The notes: generated by a model not told the origin, from the sequence alone. A DNA stretch of 32,000 nt from Candidatus Kuenenia stuttgartensis (GCF_900232105.1 NZ_LT934425.1:3360001-3392000), one strand, 5' to 3'. Positions 17,927 through 27,740 are shown, counted from the stretch's first letter. Program-made: numbers and translations.

Positions 17927-18715
17927 TTACCTGGCCATACTGTTAATGGTGGATAACATTTCATCGCTTGCTGATATTGCCCTGGAGTTAATTTCGTAAG
18001 CACGCTGTGCAGTGATAAGGCTTACGAGTTCCGTAACGGTTTCAACATTGGAGTTCTCAAGAAATCCCTGATAAATCTCTCCTGTTCCCTGTTCCCCCGC
18101 CACAGTTACAATTGGGGAACCCGACGCCATAGTTTCAAGATAGAGATTTTTGCCCAGACTGTCGAGTCCGGAAGGATTGGGGAACATTGTCAACATAATT
18201 TGCCCGACGTTTTGAAGCGTCCCGCTGGGGTCTGACCCTTTCACATAGACCGTGCCGTCGGTGCCAATGGAAATTTCCGTTGCGTTAGTGATCGTAATGG
18301 AGGGCGATAACGGCAATCCGTCTGCTGTCACGACTTCTCCTTTACTGTTTAATTGAAATGAACCGTCTCTTGTGTATGCAATGCTGCCGTCAGACTGCTG
18401 GATTTGGAAGAACCCTTTTCCCTGGATGGCGAGATCTAACTCTCTCTCAGTGTTTACGTGATTACCCTGGGAAAACACCTTGGAAATGGAAATTGTTCTC
18501 ACACCGCCGCCAAGCTGAATACCTGCCGGGATCTCGAAACCCTGCGCAGACTCAGAACCCGCTATATACCGTTTGCTGTAAAGGAGGTCCTGAAAGTTGA
18601 CCTGGCTCCTTTTAAACCCTGTGGTATTAATATTTGATAAGTTGTTTGAAACATTGTCCAGAAAAAGCTGTTGTGCCTTCATACCTGTTGCTGCTGTGTA
18701 GAGCGCTCGTAACAT
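17927..18715 (-). CDS. flgG: Flagellar basal-body rod protein FlgG
   Basis: MLRALYTAATGMKAQQLFLDNVSNNLSNINTTGFKRSQVNFQDLLY...GYLENSNVE-like ending SNVETVTELVSLITAQRAYEINSRAI. Confidence 0.97.
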   Translation of the reverse strand: MLRALYTAATGMKAQQLFLDNVSNNLSNINTTGFKRSQVNFQDLLYSKRYIAGSESAQGFEIPAGIQLGGGVRTISISKVFSQGNHVNTERELDLAIQGKGFFQIQQSDGSIAYTRDGSFQLNSKGEVVTADGLPLSPSITITNATEISIGTDGTVYVKGSDPSGTLQNVGQIMLTMFPNPSGLDSLGKNLYLETMASGSPIVTVAGEQGTGEIYQGFLENSNVETVTELVSLITAQRAYEINSRAISASDEMLSTINSMAR

Positions 18716-18735
18716 TTTATATTCTCCTTAGATTT

Positions 18736-19464
18736 TTATGAGACAAGTCCGATAAGTTTTTTCAAAGAATCGTTTATGGAGTCAGTTGATTTATTGCCGG
18801 ATTGAAAGCTTCTCATATTGGCAATCATATTTACCATTTCATCGATAACGTTTACATTTGATTTTTCCAGATAACCCTGTGCAATCTCAACCGTTCCATC
18901 TGCGGTGGTAGGGTTTGCTTTATCCGATGCGATATAAGCGCTTCCACCGATTGATTTAAGACCGTCAGGGTTCAAAAAATTAACGATATTGAGTTTGCTT
19001 ATCGTTTTGCCGTCGACGGAAACAGAGCCGTCTGTTTTAAAGGTAAATGATTGTGCTTTCGCCGGTATTTGAATAGGGCCCCCACTGCTCATCAACGGCC
19101 AACCTTCAGGGGTTACCACTGTCCTGTCGCGGGAAAGCATAAATTGTCCGCTTCTGGTATAAGCGATCCCTGCTTTGGTTTGAACTTCAAAAAAACCGTC
19201 GCCCTTTATTGCAAGGTCAAGTTCATTGCCGGTGAATTGCATCACCCCTGGTGAAAAATCGGTCGCCACTTTTCCTAAAGTACTGCCCGTCCCTTCTGAA
19301 GCCTCTTTTGTCTGGTTTTTTGCACCGGCAACGAAAGACTCAAATACGGCAATATTCTTTTTGTATCCGACGGTATTTACATTTGCCAGATTCCGGGCAA
19401 TAACGGCCTGGTATTCCCCCTGTCCCATCATATTCGTTGCTCCGGTGTATAAGCCGCTAATCAT
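18736..19464 (-). CDS. flgF: Flagellar basal-body rod protein FlgF
   Basis: MISGLYTGATNMMGQGEYQAVIARNLANVNTVGYKKNIAVFESF..; LDLAIKGDGFFEVQT. The tracked start (19620) over-extends; ATG 19464 gives the conserved N-terminus. Confidence 0.9.
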   Translation of the reverse strand: MISGLYTGATNMMGQGEYQAVIARNLANVNTVGYKKNIAVFESFVAGAKNQTKEASEGTGSTLGKVATDFSPGVMQFTGNELDLAIKGDGFFEVQTKAGIAYTRSGQFMLSRDRTVVTPEGWPLMSSGGPIQIPAKAQSFTFKTDGSVSVDGKTISKLNIVNFLNPDGLKSIGGSAYIASDKANPTTADGTVEIAQGYLEKSNVNVIDEMVNMIANMRSFQSGNKSTDSINDSLKKLIGLVS

Positions 19465-19741
19465 TCTATCTATCCTCCATGGTTGCAAAAAAAAAGGATT
19501 AAAAAACTCTGTTGCTGCATTAAGGCAGCAATCCCAATACCAAATGCAGGAATAAATAAAATGATGCATGATATGTGCGCTTAAGGGGTGTATTTGCAAA
19601 TGGTTACAATATCGTTGCACCGGGTATGGAATAATACATTTTCAATATGCTGTGAAAGAAGGGGGCAATTATTTCCTGTCTGGGGTGAATAAATTTTCCT
19701 GGTGTGAGAGGGTATTGTTGAAAAAACTTACAGGGAAAAGG

Positions 19742-19790
19742 CTAATGGCTAATGGCTAATGGCTCATGGCTCATAATTTATGGTTAATGG
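19742..19790. repeat. Degenerate 7-bp tandem repeat (ctaatgg-like, 7 units)
   Basis: ctaatgg x3, then ctcatgg, ctcataa, tttatgg, ttaatgg. Confidence 0.85.
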
Positions 19791-19918
19791 TTTAGCACGG
19801 TTGGGATGGGAGTAACGGTAGTGGTTGAATGGTTATGCAGAGAGGCGGTGGAGGAGTACAGCTAAACCCAACATTAACCATTCGCGGTATTCAAAAAGCT
19901 AAAGTATTTCTATTCCGT

Positions 19919-20332
19919 TTATTTATGAGGTTTGTTTATGGAAATGATATTCAACTTTTCCACAATTTTAAAATGCTTTATATTGTTGGTGAGAAGGGTT
20001 AAATTATAACAAAGGCAAGTTGCAGCTATTAAAAGGTCGAAGTCACCTATTACTATTTTAAGTTTTCTCAGTTTTCCCCGCTCTTTTCCGAAGATTTTAC
20101 ATATTTCATCTTCAAGTCCCAGGATCAAGACTCCGGTTAGAAAATCGTCTAAAGCTTTTTTATCTCCTTTAGGATTCGTTGAATAATAAACACCTTCGTA
20201 TAATTCTGCTAAAGAGATAACGCTAATGGCCAGTCCTTCTTTTCTAAGAGCCACAAGCCGTTTAACTATCTCTTCTTGTCCATTGAGATAATGAATAATC
20301 CAGTCGGTATCGATAAGATATGAGGGTGTCAT
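19919..20332 (-). CDS. vapC: PIN-domain (VapC-family) toxin
   Basis: YLIDTDWIIHYLNGQEEIVKRL..; LAELYEGVYYS; IGDFDLLIAATCLCYNLTLLTNNIKHF. Confidence 0.92.
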   Translation of the reverse strand: MTPSYLIDTDWIIHYLNGQEEIVKRLVALRKEGLAISVISLAELYEGVYYSTNPKGDKKALDDFLTGVLILGLEDEICKIFGKERGKLRKLKIVIGDFDLLIAATCLCYNLTLLTNNIKHFKIVEKLNIISINKPHK

Positions 20333-20565
20333 AATTTTGGTTCATTTCTGGTGGATACAAGGCGATCCGCATAAATATCCTTCATTAATTTTTCTGCATC
20401 AATGGTTCCTTTCCAACTTCCCGCGGATTTTTCAAAGGCATCTTCTTCTTTCCCAGAAGGAATTTCGATTATGGTTATAGTAATTTCCTTTCCTTCCGCA
20501 ATGTCTATTTTCTCCATAGGCTCAATTATTCCCCTGGAAAATCTGGCTTTAATTGTTTTTCCCAT
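20329..20565 (-). CDS. DUF104 / AF2212-like antitoxin partner of the PIN toxin
   Basis: MGKTIKARFSRGIIEPMEKIDIAEGKEITITI matches a DUF104-type antitoxin; overlaps vapC by 4 nt (ATGA). Confidence 0.85.
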   Translation of the reverse strand: MGKTIKARFSRGIIEPMEKIDIAEGKEITITIIEIPSGKEEDAFEKSAGSWKGTIDAEKLMKDIYADRLVSTRNEPKL

Positions 20566-20833
20566 CTTTAGTCCTCTTTTTAAATGTAAAATAATTGTTC
20601 TGGAATATTATATTTATTTCTCTATAGTATTTTTTGTGATTATCGCTTATCGCATCAATAATGATATAAGTAATTGGATTTGAAATCATCTTAATTTTTT
20701 AAAAGGGTTATTGAGTTATCCCTGCTTTCCCTAAGCTGGCATAGCCAGTCGGGTAGGGCATGGCATTGCCTGCCTTACATGGCTAAGCCCACTAAATTCA
20801 TGTATTGCGGCGAGGTTCGTCGCACTACAAATG

Positions 20834-20954
20834 ACAATTTCCAGTATCGGCTCAATAAATAAGGGTAATACATTTACATTCCCCGTATAAACCTGATAGA
20901 TGCTTACCTTGACACGTGTTTTCTTCTATTTATTGAGCGGATATTGGGAAATGT
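20834..20954. repeat. Imperfect ~28-bp inverted repeat
   Basis: gctcaataaata (20850-20861) against tatttattgagc (20927-20938), extended outward by caatttccagtatcg/atattgggaaat-type similarity. Confidence 0.65.
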
Positions 20955-21032
20955 TAATTTGGAGAACTCCTCTCTCTGTGGGCAAGTGAAAAAGAGAGAG
21001 GAGCTCCAAATTATTATCGAAAAGGCTGGAAA

Positions 21033-22631
21033 TTACCTCTTGAGGTTAACGGCTTCCGCGAGTACCTCGTCTGCGGTGCTGATAACACGTGAGTTAAGCT
21101 GGAAACCTCTTTGCGCCATGATGAGCGACGTTAGTTCCGACGTCATGTCCACATTGGACGCCTCTAAATATCCATTGTATATATCTCCGGCGCTTCCCGT
21201 ACCTCCGACTGTGTAAAGCGGTTCTCCGGAGGAGTCTGTTTGTTCATATAAATTGTCTCCAGACCTTCTTAGTCCCTGTACATTGCCAAAGGTGGCGAGT
21301 TGTAACTGGGCAATTTTGCTCGATGTTCCGTTTGAATATAATGCGGACAAAGTGCCGTCAGTATTCACCGAAAAACTGCTGAAACTACCCGATTCGGAAC
21401 CGTCCTGCTCTGATGCGGTAACCGAAGAACCTTTGCCGCTCTGGTAAATACCGTCAGTTTTTCCGAATGTTCCAAGTTTAAACTTCACAGTTTGTGAAGT
21501 GGTTATTCCATCAAATTTAAAGGTAAGGGTTGTATCCCCTGATGATTTAAGGCTACCGTCATCATTAAAAGTAATTGCGCTTATGGTATCGGTGGTAATT
21601 GTGCCGTCAGCGCTTGGCATACTTGCGCGCATATCCCATTCTCCATCATTTTTCTTAATAAAGGAAAGCGTTACGTTATGTCCTGTTCCCTGTGAGTCAT
21701 AAATGGTTGTGGAGGTCGTATAAGTTGAAGCCTTTAAACTGTAATTTGTCCATGTGCCGGTAGCAGTGCTGCTATCTGATATCGAAAGAGAGAGTTCATC
21801 TTCGCCAGCGGTGGTTGATGTTACAATAATTTTTCCACTGGAAGAAAGAGTGGCAAATGCAGATCCATCACCCGCCGTTCCGGTGGTATCACCAAAAGCA
21901 TTTGTATTTATATATGCCAGCAAATCGTCTACCGTGGTGCCGTCGTTTGCTGCACCATAAGTAAAATCTACAGAACCCGAAGTACCATCAGGTTCTGTGT
22001 AAGAGATAGTGATTATATCTGTTCCAGAGGTGTAATCTGTCGTATTGGTATCCAAGGCGTTTAATGTGGTTGCTCCGGTTGCAGCTACGCTGCTACTAGT
22101 AAGGGCGCTGGACAATATCAATACCTCACCCGAAGAACTAGACGGTGTTGATTCCAGGGTACCGGTCAGGGTCATCGTTGATGTTTTTGTCGCTGAAACT
22201 GACGAACCGTAAGGAATGGTAATGGTTTTACCGGATGAATCTAATATCTGATAACCGGTGGTTGAGTCAACGAGCTGGTTACTGGCGTCTGTGGCAAACG
22301 TCCCGACCCGGGAAAAGAAGTTTTTATTGCCGCCGTTCAATACAAAGAACCCATCACCCTGAATGGCAAAATCGAATTCATTGTTCGTTGCCTCAAGGGT
22401 TCCCTGGCTAAATAGGGAAGAAATGCTTCCGACCTTCACGCCCATGCCGATCTGCATAGGATTAACCCCGCCGCTCCCTTTATCCTGGCTGATCAGGTCG
22501 GAAAACAGCAACCGGGATGATTTATACCCGTAAGTATTAATATTGGACAGGTTATTTCCGATAACATCCAGCCAGCTCTGGTGCGAACGGATACCCGTTA
22601 CACCCGCGTATAATGCTCCTCCTAAGCCCAT
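21033..22631 (-). CDS. flgE: Flagellar hook protein FlgE
   Basis: MGLGGALYAGVTGIRSHQSWLDVIGNNLSNINTYGYKSSRLLFSDL..FDFAIQGDGFFVL..; C-terminal GYLEASNVDMTSELTSLIMAQRGFQLNSRVISTADEVLAEAVNLKR. Confidence 0.97.
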   Translation of the reverse strand: MGLGGALYAGVTGIRSHQSWLDVIGNNLSNINTYGYKSSRLLFSDLISQDKGSGGVNPMQIGMGVKVGSISSLFSQGTLEATNNEFDFAIQGDGFFVLNGGNKNFFSRVGTFATDASNQLVDSTTGYQILDSSGKTITIPYGSSVSATKTSTMTLTGTLESTPSSSSGEVLILSSALTSSSVAATGATTLNALDTNTTDYTSGTDIITISYTEPDGTSGSVDFTYGAANDGTTVDDLLAYINTNAFGDTTGTAGDGSAFATLSSSGKIIVTSTTAGEDELSLSISDSSTATGTWTNYSLKASTYTTSTTIYDSQGTGHNVTLSFIKKNDGEWDMRASMPSADGTITTDTISAITFNDDGSLKSSGDTTLTFKFDGITTSQTVKFKLGTFGKTDGIYQSGKGSSVTASEQDGSESGSFSSFSVNTDGTLSALYSNGTSSKIAQLQLATFGNVQGLRRSGDNLYEQTDSSGEPLYTVGGTGSAGDIYNGYLEASNVDMTSELTSLIMAQRGFQLNSRVISTADEVLAEAVNLKR

Positions 22632-22776
22632 TGTGTGCCTCCTTTCATTTTTAGATTTACGATTTACGATTTTTTTATCTGTGTAATCTATGCAATCTGT
22701 GGTTTCTTTATATCTTCCATTTTGACTCCGCGCCTATGGATGATATCCCGTCGCCCGAATCAGTTTCGGTTTCTCC

Positions 22777-23190
22777 TTATACGGTGGCGGCGGTGCTTTC
22801 CACTTGTATAAAATTCGATATGGAAACGGATTCGCCGTCTATGACAAACGATACCGTGCCGTCTTCTTCCAGCTTTACCCCTTCCACCACTCCGCTATAT
22901 TCTCCTTCTCCATCGTCATCGCTGTAGGTAATGGTTTTGCCGATGAATCCGGAAGCGATCCCGATTTGATCCAGTTGCAGTGAAGCGGTATCAAGCGATG
23001 ACAGGTCAGCAAGGTATTCCGTTTGCTGCGATGTCTGCTCCAGCGTGGTGAATTGCGCCAACTGTGACAGAAATTCTGAATTGTCCTGTGGGTCTAAGGG
23101 GTCCTGATAGCGCATCTGCGTGGTAAAAAGCGTAAGAAAGCTATCCGTTGTGATTTCAGAGCCTAAACTTGTGGTACTAGTAGTACTCAT
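22777..23190 (-). CDS. flgD: Flagellar hook-capping protein FlgD (short form, 137 aa)
   Basis: FLTLFTTQMRYQDPLDPQDNSEFLSQLAQFTTLEQ is the FlgD N-terminal signature; position between fliK and flgE. Confidence 0.95.
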   Translation of the reverse strand: MSTTSTTSLGSEITTDSFLTLFTTQMRYQDPLDPQDNSEFLSQLAQFTTLEQTSQQTEYLADLSSLDTASLQLDQIGIASGFIGKTITYSDDDGEGEYSGVVEGVKLEEDGTVSFVIDGESVSISNFIQVESTAATV

Positions 23191-23201
23191 AGGTAATCTC
23201 C

Positions 23202-25124
23202 TTAAAAAATGTAATCTATTGTTAAATTTGATGATGCTGCGATTTTATTTTTAATTGATAGCACTTTATGACTATTTTCATTTTCTCCTGTAAGGTTTTC
23301 TTCTTTATGGCTGCCGTCTCTGGCCCCGTCCCGGCGCGGTGAATCGCCTTCGGCAAAATATGCCTGGGATTGCCGTTCGTGGTTGTTTTTGCTTTCATTT
23401 TGTACATACACTTCTACCCTATGTATCTCAACGCCATTTGTGGCGATTGATTCCTTCAGGCGATGGATATTGTTTTGTATTGCCGCCTTTACCTCCGCAT
23501 TTTCCACATATATCTTTGCCCTGACCTCATCATTTTCCTCGGTGAGATGAAGTCTTACCGTGCCCAGCGCGGGTGGGGTTAGTTGTAGTTTGATTTCAGA
23601 CGTATTGCCGTTGCGTAACGTCTTGATATTTTCCAATAGTTGTTCCATTACGTTATTTTGCAGGGTATTTGTACCGGCAGGGGTATTGCCCTGGAACAAG
23701 GGGGACGCAACATTCTTTTGATTTTCAGCGGAAGACAATATCGTAGTTGCTGAACCAGTGAGGGGTTCTGATATATTTTGCCGGAAATCAAAGTTGTTTA
23801 ACTGGGAGTTATTTACCGGCGTCTTTTCCTGTTGATTATTGGGGGCAAAAGCAAACGTATCCTTCCCTTGTTGTGAAAGATTGCCGGATGAATTACCCTC
23901 CTCATTTCTCTGGAATGAGCCGGAACCGGAAGATGTGTTGAGAGGGGAAGCGGTCTGTTCTTTTGTACCGGCATCCTTAGTCTCATTCTTTCCCGCGGAA
24001 TTATTAGGGTCGTTTGTTATTTTATGTGCGAATCCATTGATTTCCCCTGTGGTATGCTGCAAAAATGTCTTCAGTGTTTCAGCGGTTTTTGACGCCCTGT
24101 TCATAGTTAATCCTGCAAACTCCTGCATGGAAATACCGGCGTCCATAGGGGTGTTAAACGAGAATGCACTATTCCTGCCTTCGTTTACCATTGTTTGCAG
24201 GAGGGATTTTAGCGCATTGTGTGCCTCTCTTGTTTTTGAATCCGTGAGAGAAATCTCTGATACGGTAATATTCCCCTCATAATTGTTGAACAATCCATTC
24301 AACTGCGAAACAACACCTTCGCCGGCAGCAGGCGGCATATTTGTTATCGAGGAATTCCCTGATGAGGCCATTCCCTTAGTATTGGCATTAAAAATGAATG
24401 ATTCTAAAAGGGTTGAACGTGTATCACCACCCGGGAGGTGTTTTTTTGTATTTCCTTCGTTATCCGCAAGTATATTTGGATGCAAAGAGATACTCTCTCC
24501 GGCAAAAGCAGGGAGATGCCTTTCTGCAAATACACCTGATTGCAAAGAAACGCCATCGTTCTTTGAGGGGTTTGTTTGAAAGAATGACGTTAAGGTGTTG
24601 AGCAACTTAATCCCCTCCCTTTGGGGGGGATAGGGGGGGGATTTCAGTGCGTTTAATAACTGTTTCAATGCGGCAAGTATTTCCCCTTTATCAGTATCAG
24701 AAAACAATGCCTTTTCTGCGGTAAGTGTATTAAAAAAATTATAAAGTTTTTCGGATTCCGCAGTGTTTGCATTTCCCTGAAGTACGTTGATTATTGTATT
24801 TGCCAGAGCATCTGGATTTAACATGTTTGCAAAAATCGTGTCGCCTTCCGGTTCTTCGCCTTCAGCGATTTTTTCAGTAATTGTTTTTGAAAGGGTTTCA
24901 AGGGCGTTTTTTGCACTTTTCCCCTCTGGCTTTTTTGCGGATGGGGAAGTGTGGTGTGTAAGAAATTCTTCAAACGGTTCTGCAAGGTCTTCTACTTCAT
25001 TATCGGCGAAACCAGTATTTGAACCATTAGCGCTGATGTTGGCATTGTTTGCGTCTTGCCGTGCTTCATTGAGCATTTTTGGTGAGGAATAGCTGCTGTT
25101 AAAAAGTTCGAGTATTGGAGACAT
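23202..25124 (-). CDS. fliK: Flagellar hook-length control protein FliK
   Basis: Low-complexity Asn/Ser/Thr-rich N-terminus; conserved Flg_hook C-terminus SEIKLQLTPPALGTVRLHLTEENDEVRAKIYVENAEVKAAIQNNIHRLKESIATNGVEIHRVEV. Confidence 0.9.
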   Translation of the reverse strand: MSPILELFNSSYSSPKMLNEARQDANNANISANGSNTGFADNEVEDLAEPFEEFLTHHTSPSAKKPEGKSAKNALETLSKTITEKIAEGEEPEGDTIFANMLNPDALANTIINVLQGNANTAESEKLYNFFNTLTAEKALFSDTDKGEILAALKQLLNALKSPPYPPQREGIKLLNTLTSFFQTNPSKNDGVSLQSGVFAERHLPAFAGESISLHPNILADNEGNTKKHLPGGDTRSTLLESFIFNANTKGMASSGNSSITNMPPAAGEGVVSQLNGLFNNYEGNITVSEISLTDSKTREAHNALKSLLQTMVNEGRNSAFSFNTPMDAGISMQEFAGLTMNRASKTAETLKTFLQHTTGEINGFAHKITNDPNNSAGKNETKDAGTKEQTASPLNTSSGSGSFQRNEEGNSSGNLSQQGKDTFAFAPNNQQEKTPVNNSQLNNFDFRQNISEPLTGSATTILSSAENQKNVASPLFQGNTPAGTNTLQNNVMEQLLENIKTLRNGNTSEIKLQLTPPALGTVRLHLTEENDEVRAKIYVENAEVKAAIQNNIHRLKESIATNGVEIHRVEVYVQNESKNNHERQSQAYFAEGDSPRRDGARDGSHKEENLTGENENSHKVLSIKNKIAASSNLTIDYIF

Positions 25125-25801
25125 GTTTTTTCCCCTTTTTGGTTAAAATGTGTATAGTGTTACAACCACGGAACACACGGAAAATTCTTTTTAATTAAAA
25201 TGGGTATGGTATTACCCGGTAAAAATCATTTTTCATTATAGTGGCAAGATACGCCTTGCCACTGCATGAACAGTTTGAAATTCCTGTATGTGAACATGCG
25301 CAATAATAATGCCATGATTTTTTTTCAGAAAAAAGAGCGGGGGGATGCACGGTTTTATCCTTTCATACGCAGTTCTTTTTGATAGAGAAAAAAGCGCTAT
25401 AAGCCTTAAGACGCCTTTCCCATGTTGGCGGTGGTTTAGTCCTGCAACCCCTGATACTATGACTGTCCGGTGGAAACACCCCTGAGTACAAATCGCGGGT
25501 TTAATGGTATTTTTCAGGTAATAAAATATTTTGTCCGGAGATATAAAATTACATGAAAAATTTTAGGACTATTTTGTGGATTAGGGAAAACGAGGAGGAA
25601 ACAAGGGGGCTTTTTTTCCTATGAGCAGGTAATTCTTTCCGTTTACGATTTACGATGATGAAAAAGCGGAAACCACAGATTTCGGTAGAGTAGAAACAGA
25701 CGACTAGAACTTAGGCAGAAGTTTGTTTTCTCTGTTTGCTGGCTGGTTTCCCGCCAGTGCCACCATATCTCCGCCATATACTTATCATCTGCCCCCCTCG
25801 T

Positions 25802-25835
25802 CAAACCGTGCATGCGATTTTACCGCACACGGCTT
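25802..25835 (-). ncRNA. Group II intron domain V
   Basis: Minus strand AAGCCGTGTGCGGTAAAATCGCATGCACGGTTTG: 34-nt hairpin with AGC triad and central bulge, matching the bacterial domain V pattern. Confidence 0.88.
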
Positions 25836-25902
25836 TCCGACAGTCTTCTTCTTAAGCTTTCACAGGTTGTCTGGCAGGAACATATTTTGTCGGGTCTATT
25901 AG

Positions 25903-27201
25903 TCAATATCTATTGACTAATTCCTTAAACGCTCCTCGATTATAGAGCTTGCTCCTGCGCTGACTTTTCCTCTTATAATATCTCGTTAATCTCCTGAAAA
26001 GATAATATCGTAGGTCTCTTTTCGCCTTGTTTGGATACGTTACTCCCTTTATTGTGAAGTAATTTATCCATCCTCTTGTTATTGCATTCAGTTCATTAGC
26101 TACTTTTTCCGCCGCTTTATGCCCATTGCTCTTTAGGTAGTTTCCTATCTTTTCCCTAACCTTCTTCTGTGATTTCCTGCTTGGTTCTATGTTCCAGTAT
26201 TTCTTGTGTTTCCTACCAAACAAATCTTCTGAGAAGGATATGGTATGTCCGAGAAAGTCAAAGCTCTCTTCTTCAGCTTTTACTATTTTACTCTTATCCT
26301 CGTTAAGACTCAGCTTTAACTTCTTTAACAACCTGTTGAGATAGTCTAATGCTTCACGAGGTATTCGCTTTGCCATCAATACCCAATCATCCGCATAACG
26401 TATGATTGTTATCCCATACTTATAGAAAACCCCATTCTCTCTATTGACTGCTTTGTCGAGCATGTGCAGATATATGTTTGCTAATAATGGTGATATTACG
26501 CTTCCCTGCGGTGTTCCTATCTTATTTTTCCTCCCGCCTCCTGGTTTGCCTTCCTCTATCACCGGTGCTTTTAACCACATTTTTATCAAGTGCAGTACGT
26601 TCTTGTCGCTTATCCTCATCCCTATTAACAGTAACAATTCCTTGTGCGGTATTGTGTCAAAATAAGAACTCAGGTCTGCGTCAAATACCTCTGTTTTCCC
26701 TTCTCGCAGTTTTTCTTTGATTTTCCTCACAGCATCGCCCGCTGAACGTCCCGGTCGGAATCCGTAGGAGCTATCTTCAAAGTCTGCTTCGAATATCGGC
26801 TCTATTACAAGCTTTACACTCATCTGCACTACCCTGTCTTTTATCACAGGGATTCCCAATGGTCGTGTCTTACCGTTGGTTTTAGGTATGTACACTCTCA
26901 GTACCGGCTGTGGTTCGTAGGTTTTGTTTTCAAGTTCCTCTATTATCTCTCCAAGAAACTTCTCCACCCCGTATGACTCCACATCTTCAAATGTAATCCC
27001 GTCTGCCCCGGCGCTTCCTCCATTGGATTTGCAGCGCTTGTACGCCTCTCTCAAAAAATGCAACATTCTCACCTTGTCATACAATACATAAAAGCGAAAT
27101 CCTTCTTCCTGTTTGGCTTTTCGATATAGTTTACGCTGAAAGTCTCGGACTCTTTCATCATCGCTCATTTGCGATTTCGGTATTGCTTGTAGGTCTCCCA
27201 A
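25903..27201 (-). CDS. ltrA: Group II intron-encoded reverse transcriptase/maturase
   Basis: KTRPLGIPVIKDRVVQ, YGFRPGRSAGDAV, DADLSSYFDTIPH, GTPQGSVISPLLANIYLH, IIRYADDWVLMA, FLGHTI, GWINYF motifs; full length. Confidence 0.97.
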   Translation of the reverse strand: MGDLQAIPKSQMSDDERVRDFQRKLYRKAKQEEGFRFYVLYDKVRMLHFLREAYKRCKSNGGSAGADGITFEDVESYGVEKFLGEIIEELENKTYEPQPVLRVYIPKTNGKTRPLGIPVIKDRVVQMSVKLVIEPIFEADFEDSSYGFRPGRSAGDAVRKIKEKLREGKTEVFDADLSSYFDTIPHKELLLLIGMRISDKNVLHLIKMWLKAPVIEEGKPGGGRKNKIGTPQGSVISPLLANIYLHMLDKAVNRENGVFYKYGITIIRYADDWVLMAKRIPREALDYLNRLLKKLKLSLNEDKSKIVKAEEESFDFLGHTISFSEDLFGRKHKKYWNIEPSRKSQKKVREKIGNYLKSNGHKAAEKVANELNAITRGWINYFTIKGVTYPNKAKRDLRYYLFRRLTRYYKRKSQRRSKLYNRGAFKELVNRY

Positions 27202-27740
27202 TACAATTTCCTCCTTTCTTTGTAAACGTTAACTGAAGTAATGCCCCTTCGCTACGGTGAAGTTATGTTGTCTTCACCATCTTCACTACTATGGGCATCT
27301 CCGACTTCTCATTATCCCGCTATACCCTTCGGCTTCCCTTATAGTATGCGTTACGGTCATCAACCTGAACAATGAGACCTCCCAAGTTCATATATATACC
27401 TTTTACAGTCATACCGTCACTCTCAACTCCGACGACACCGCATAGTTCTACCGTTTGTCTCTTTCTACCTATGCGATTACAGATTTCGCCCAATCCGGGA
27501 GGCTCATCTATCGTATTTTTAGCGTAACGAAGCCTGCGTGTTCGCTTGCGCTACGGTCTGACTGCTCGCTACAGGGGACTCGAACGTATTCATCGCTGTT
27601 TACGTCCTCCCGTGAGGCTTTCTGCCTCTTTCACTACCGCCCGAACGGTCAATTGGCGGGTTGGATTTGCACCAACTGATATATATACGCTTCTTGGCGT
27701 ACCAGATTGCACAGATTGAAAAGGTGGGAATTTAATATGT

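Larger units (their letters stand above)
25770..27712 (-). mobile_element. Group II intron (boundaries approximate)
   Basis: LtrA-type RT/maturase ORF plus a domain V-like hairpin downstream; ~500 nt of non-coding, structured-looking sequence 5' of the ORF containing ggtgcaaatcc. Exact ends not resolved. Confidence 0.75.

Noticed and set aside
17927-19464. flgG and flgF as a suspicious gene duplication
   Set aside because: These paralogues are a normal feature of flagellar rod loci.
20751-20830. Possible tRNA or small RNA in the gap between flgE and the antitoxin gene
   Set aside because: No cloverleaf, T-loop GGTTCRANYCC or CCA end could be found. The sequence looks like degenerate intergenic repeats.
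22777-23190. Short FlgD (137 aa) as a truncated pseudogene
   Set aside because: Short FlgD forms lacking the C-terminal Ig-like region are known. The frame, start and stop are intact.
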